From Trypanosoma brucei (Eukaryota), in the NCBI GenBank assembly GCA_000002445.1, contig CH464491.1, positions 3,808,001 through 3,872,000 of the forward strand: a stretch of 64,000 nt of DNA, given 5' to 3'. A program made the translations under genes and the position numbers. The notes beneath the pieces were generated by a model. It did no database searches, was not told the DNA's origin, and saw only the letters and a program-made list of their open reading frames with translations. Shown here piece by piece: positions 62,353 through 64,000 of the stretch; position 1 is the stretch's first letter; every line of letters begins with the position of its first letter.

Positions 62353-63582
62353 TCACATATGCGATGCCGAATGGAGAGAGTAATTCATGGATGCCACAAA
62401 GATCTGAAAATCGCCAAACGCCTCAATCTTTAGGTCACCATAAGGGACGAGAAAACATTCACCCAAACGCACTCTTTCCCCGTTTACAATGCCACATCCT
62501 TCCACGCAAAATCCCAACCCAACCGTTGGAAGTTTTATGTGTGTTTGTCCCTGCCTTTCCACACGATGTTCAATGCGGTAAAGAGAAAAGTCTTGAAACT
62601 CTCTGGGTGGGGAATAATGTTGCAATTCCCATTCTGATCCCTCGGGGGCTCGATAGCGCTCGAATTTTGCACGCTCAAGACCATCAGTGCCGTAACGCAA
62701 CATCCTCAACAGGGTGGGCACATCTTTCCATTTTGGAGTGAGCCCCGCCCGCACAACATTATCGCTGCATGCCATTATTTCAACACTATCTCCAAACAGA
62801 TAGGCATGAGGCTCACTGTCAGCCAAAAAAAGACCCTCACCTGGTGCTAATTGCACATAGTTGAGGAAGTACACCATCCAACAACCCATATCGTCGGGAT
62901 ATTGATAAAGGACACGTAAGAAAACACTATCTTCTTTAGTCATTTCTCCACCCCTACTTCGCAGCTCCTCCGCATGTTCTTGTAGTGCCTCTGCATGCTT
63001 CTTTGCATCGGTATTGTAAACAATATCCATCATATGTTTGATCGCTTCACTATCTTCGACCTCTCCGGGTAGCACATCGGCAGCGGGCCCCAAAAGAGTT
63101 TTCAACGGGGACGCGGATTCCAAGAACTCGAGAATGTCTTTTAACGGGCGAAAGCAACACAGTGCTTCGAAAGGCGTCAGTGCCACCACTAACTCTGGTT
63201 TATGGTTGGGGTCTTTGTATTTCTCGGGATTCTCCCTGTGGAGTTTCTCCGCCAATTGTTTGTTTGGGTGTGCTTGAATAGACAAAGCCGTTTGCACTGA
63301 CAGTAACTTGAGTAGGAATGGCACAGTATCACGGAAACGTGGATCTGCTTGCTGTTTGGGATGGACAAATCGTGACATGTTGTTGTCATTCTTTAGAAAG
63401 TCATCCAAATTTTGTCCAGAAAACGTTTTCGATGGGCAATTTGGGTGCGTTCCAACCCAAAGTTCCGCATACTTACCCTCCTTATTTCCCTCACCTTTCA
63501 TTTTAGCGACATAACTCTCCGCGGCTTCCTTTCCCCACGCATAGTGTTGGACGCCACAATCCAATTTAATTAACTTCGACAT
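62353..63582 (-). CDS. PMI: Mannose-6-phosphate isomerase (phosphomannose isomerase, type I)
   Basis: 'LDCGVQHYAWGK', 'YAELWVGTHP', 'LSIQAHPNKQLAEKLH', 'HKPELVVALTPFEALCCFRP' and 'VRAGLTPK' match type I PMI near-exactly along the whole length. Confidence 0.93.
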   Translation of the reverse strand: MSKLIKLDCGVQHYAWGKEAAESYVAKMKGEGNKEGKYAELWVGTHPNCPSKTFSGQNLDDFLKNDNNMSRFVHPKQQADPRFRDTVPFLLKLLSVQTALSIQAHPNKQLAEKLHRENPEKYKDPNHKPELVVALTPFEALCCFRPLKDILEFLESASPLKTLLGPAADVLPGEVEDSEAIKHMMDIVYNTDAKKHAEALQEHAEELRSRGGEMTKEDSVFLRVLYQYPDDMGCWMVYFLNYVQLAPGEGLFLADSEPHAYLFGDSVEIMACSDNVVRAGLTPKWKDVPTLLRMLRYGTDGLERAKFERYRAPEGSEWELQHYSPPREFQDFSLYRIEHRVERQGQTHIKLPTVGLGFCVEGCGIVNGERVRLGECFLVPYGDLKIEAFGDFQIFVASMNYSLHSASHM

Positions 63583-64000
63583 GTCGGATTCCTTTAAACT
63601 ACCTAGTCTTAAATGGGGAAGGAAGAAAGGGAAGTAATAAATGATTAAATGAATGAATTAAAGCAAGAAAAAAGGCAGATATTTCAATGATCGTACACCT
63701 TCTTCCGTTTCTGTTACGGAAAAGAATTGAATATTTTAGAAAGCCAATAACAGATATGATGGTGGCGACCTCTATCAAGGGAGTCCCGCTTAAAAGAAAA
63801 CAAAAGTACAAACGACTATATATATTAGATGACACATGCACAAAAAAAAAAAAGAGATGGAAGACAAGGTAAGGCAACCGCAGTTCAGGCCATTTAAAAA
63901 ATAAAAAATAAATTCGAGACTGTAGGACCTGTGAGAATAAAAATAAAAAAAACATGGTAACACGACAGTGGAAACTGCCAAGGAGGGGAAGTTTAGCAAA

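Overview
This window looks like a kinetoplastid nuclear chromosome segment, most consistent with an African trypanosome. The evidence is long intron-less ORFs packed head-to-tail in same-strand clusters, pyrimidine-rich intergenic spacers, abundant (TA)n and (CA)n microsatellites, a 586-aa capping guanylyltransferase with an N-terminal P-loop domain, and VSG/ESAG-like GPI-anchored surface genes. Two polycistronic units converge at about 17.7-19.8 kb. The plus-strand unit (0.6-17.7 kb) carries a LicD/fukutin-like gene, the mRNA capping guanylyltransferase CE1, a tandem CE1 paralogue whose nucleotidyl-transferase motif I is degenerate, a roughly 4 kb gene-free gap, and then a tandem array of five divergent secreted/GPI-anchored surface-glycoprotein genes that fall into two sub-families. 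The minus-strand unit (19.8-63.6 kb) carries housekeeping genes: a Mer3/HFM1-like Sec63 helicase, a PPR-like protein, a protein with B-box, coiled-coil and SPRY domains, ATR kinase, an IFT54/MIP-T3-like protein, an FtsH-type AAA metalloprotease, a YqaJ/lambda-exonuclease-like nuclease, a PSP1-domain protein, a CLU-domain protein, phosphomannose isomerase and several hypotheticals. No rRNA, tRNA, CRISPR or obvious retroelement was recognised. All calls come from reading the sequence and six-frame translations by eye; no database search was run.
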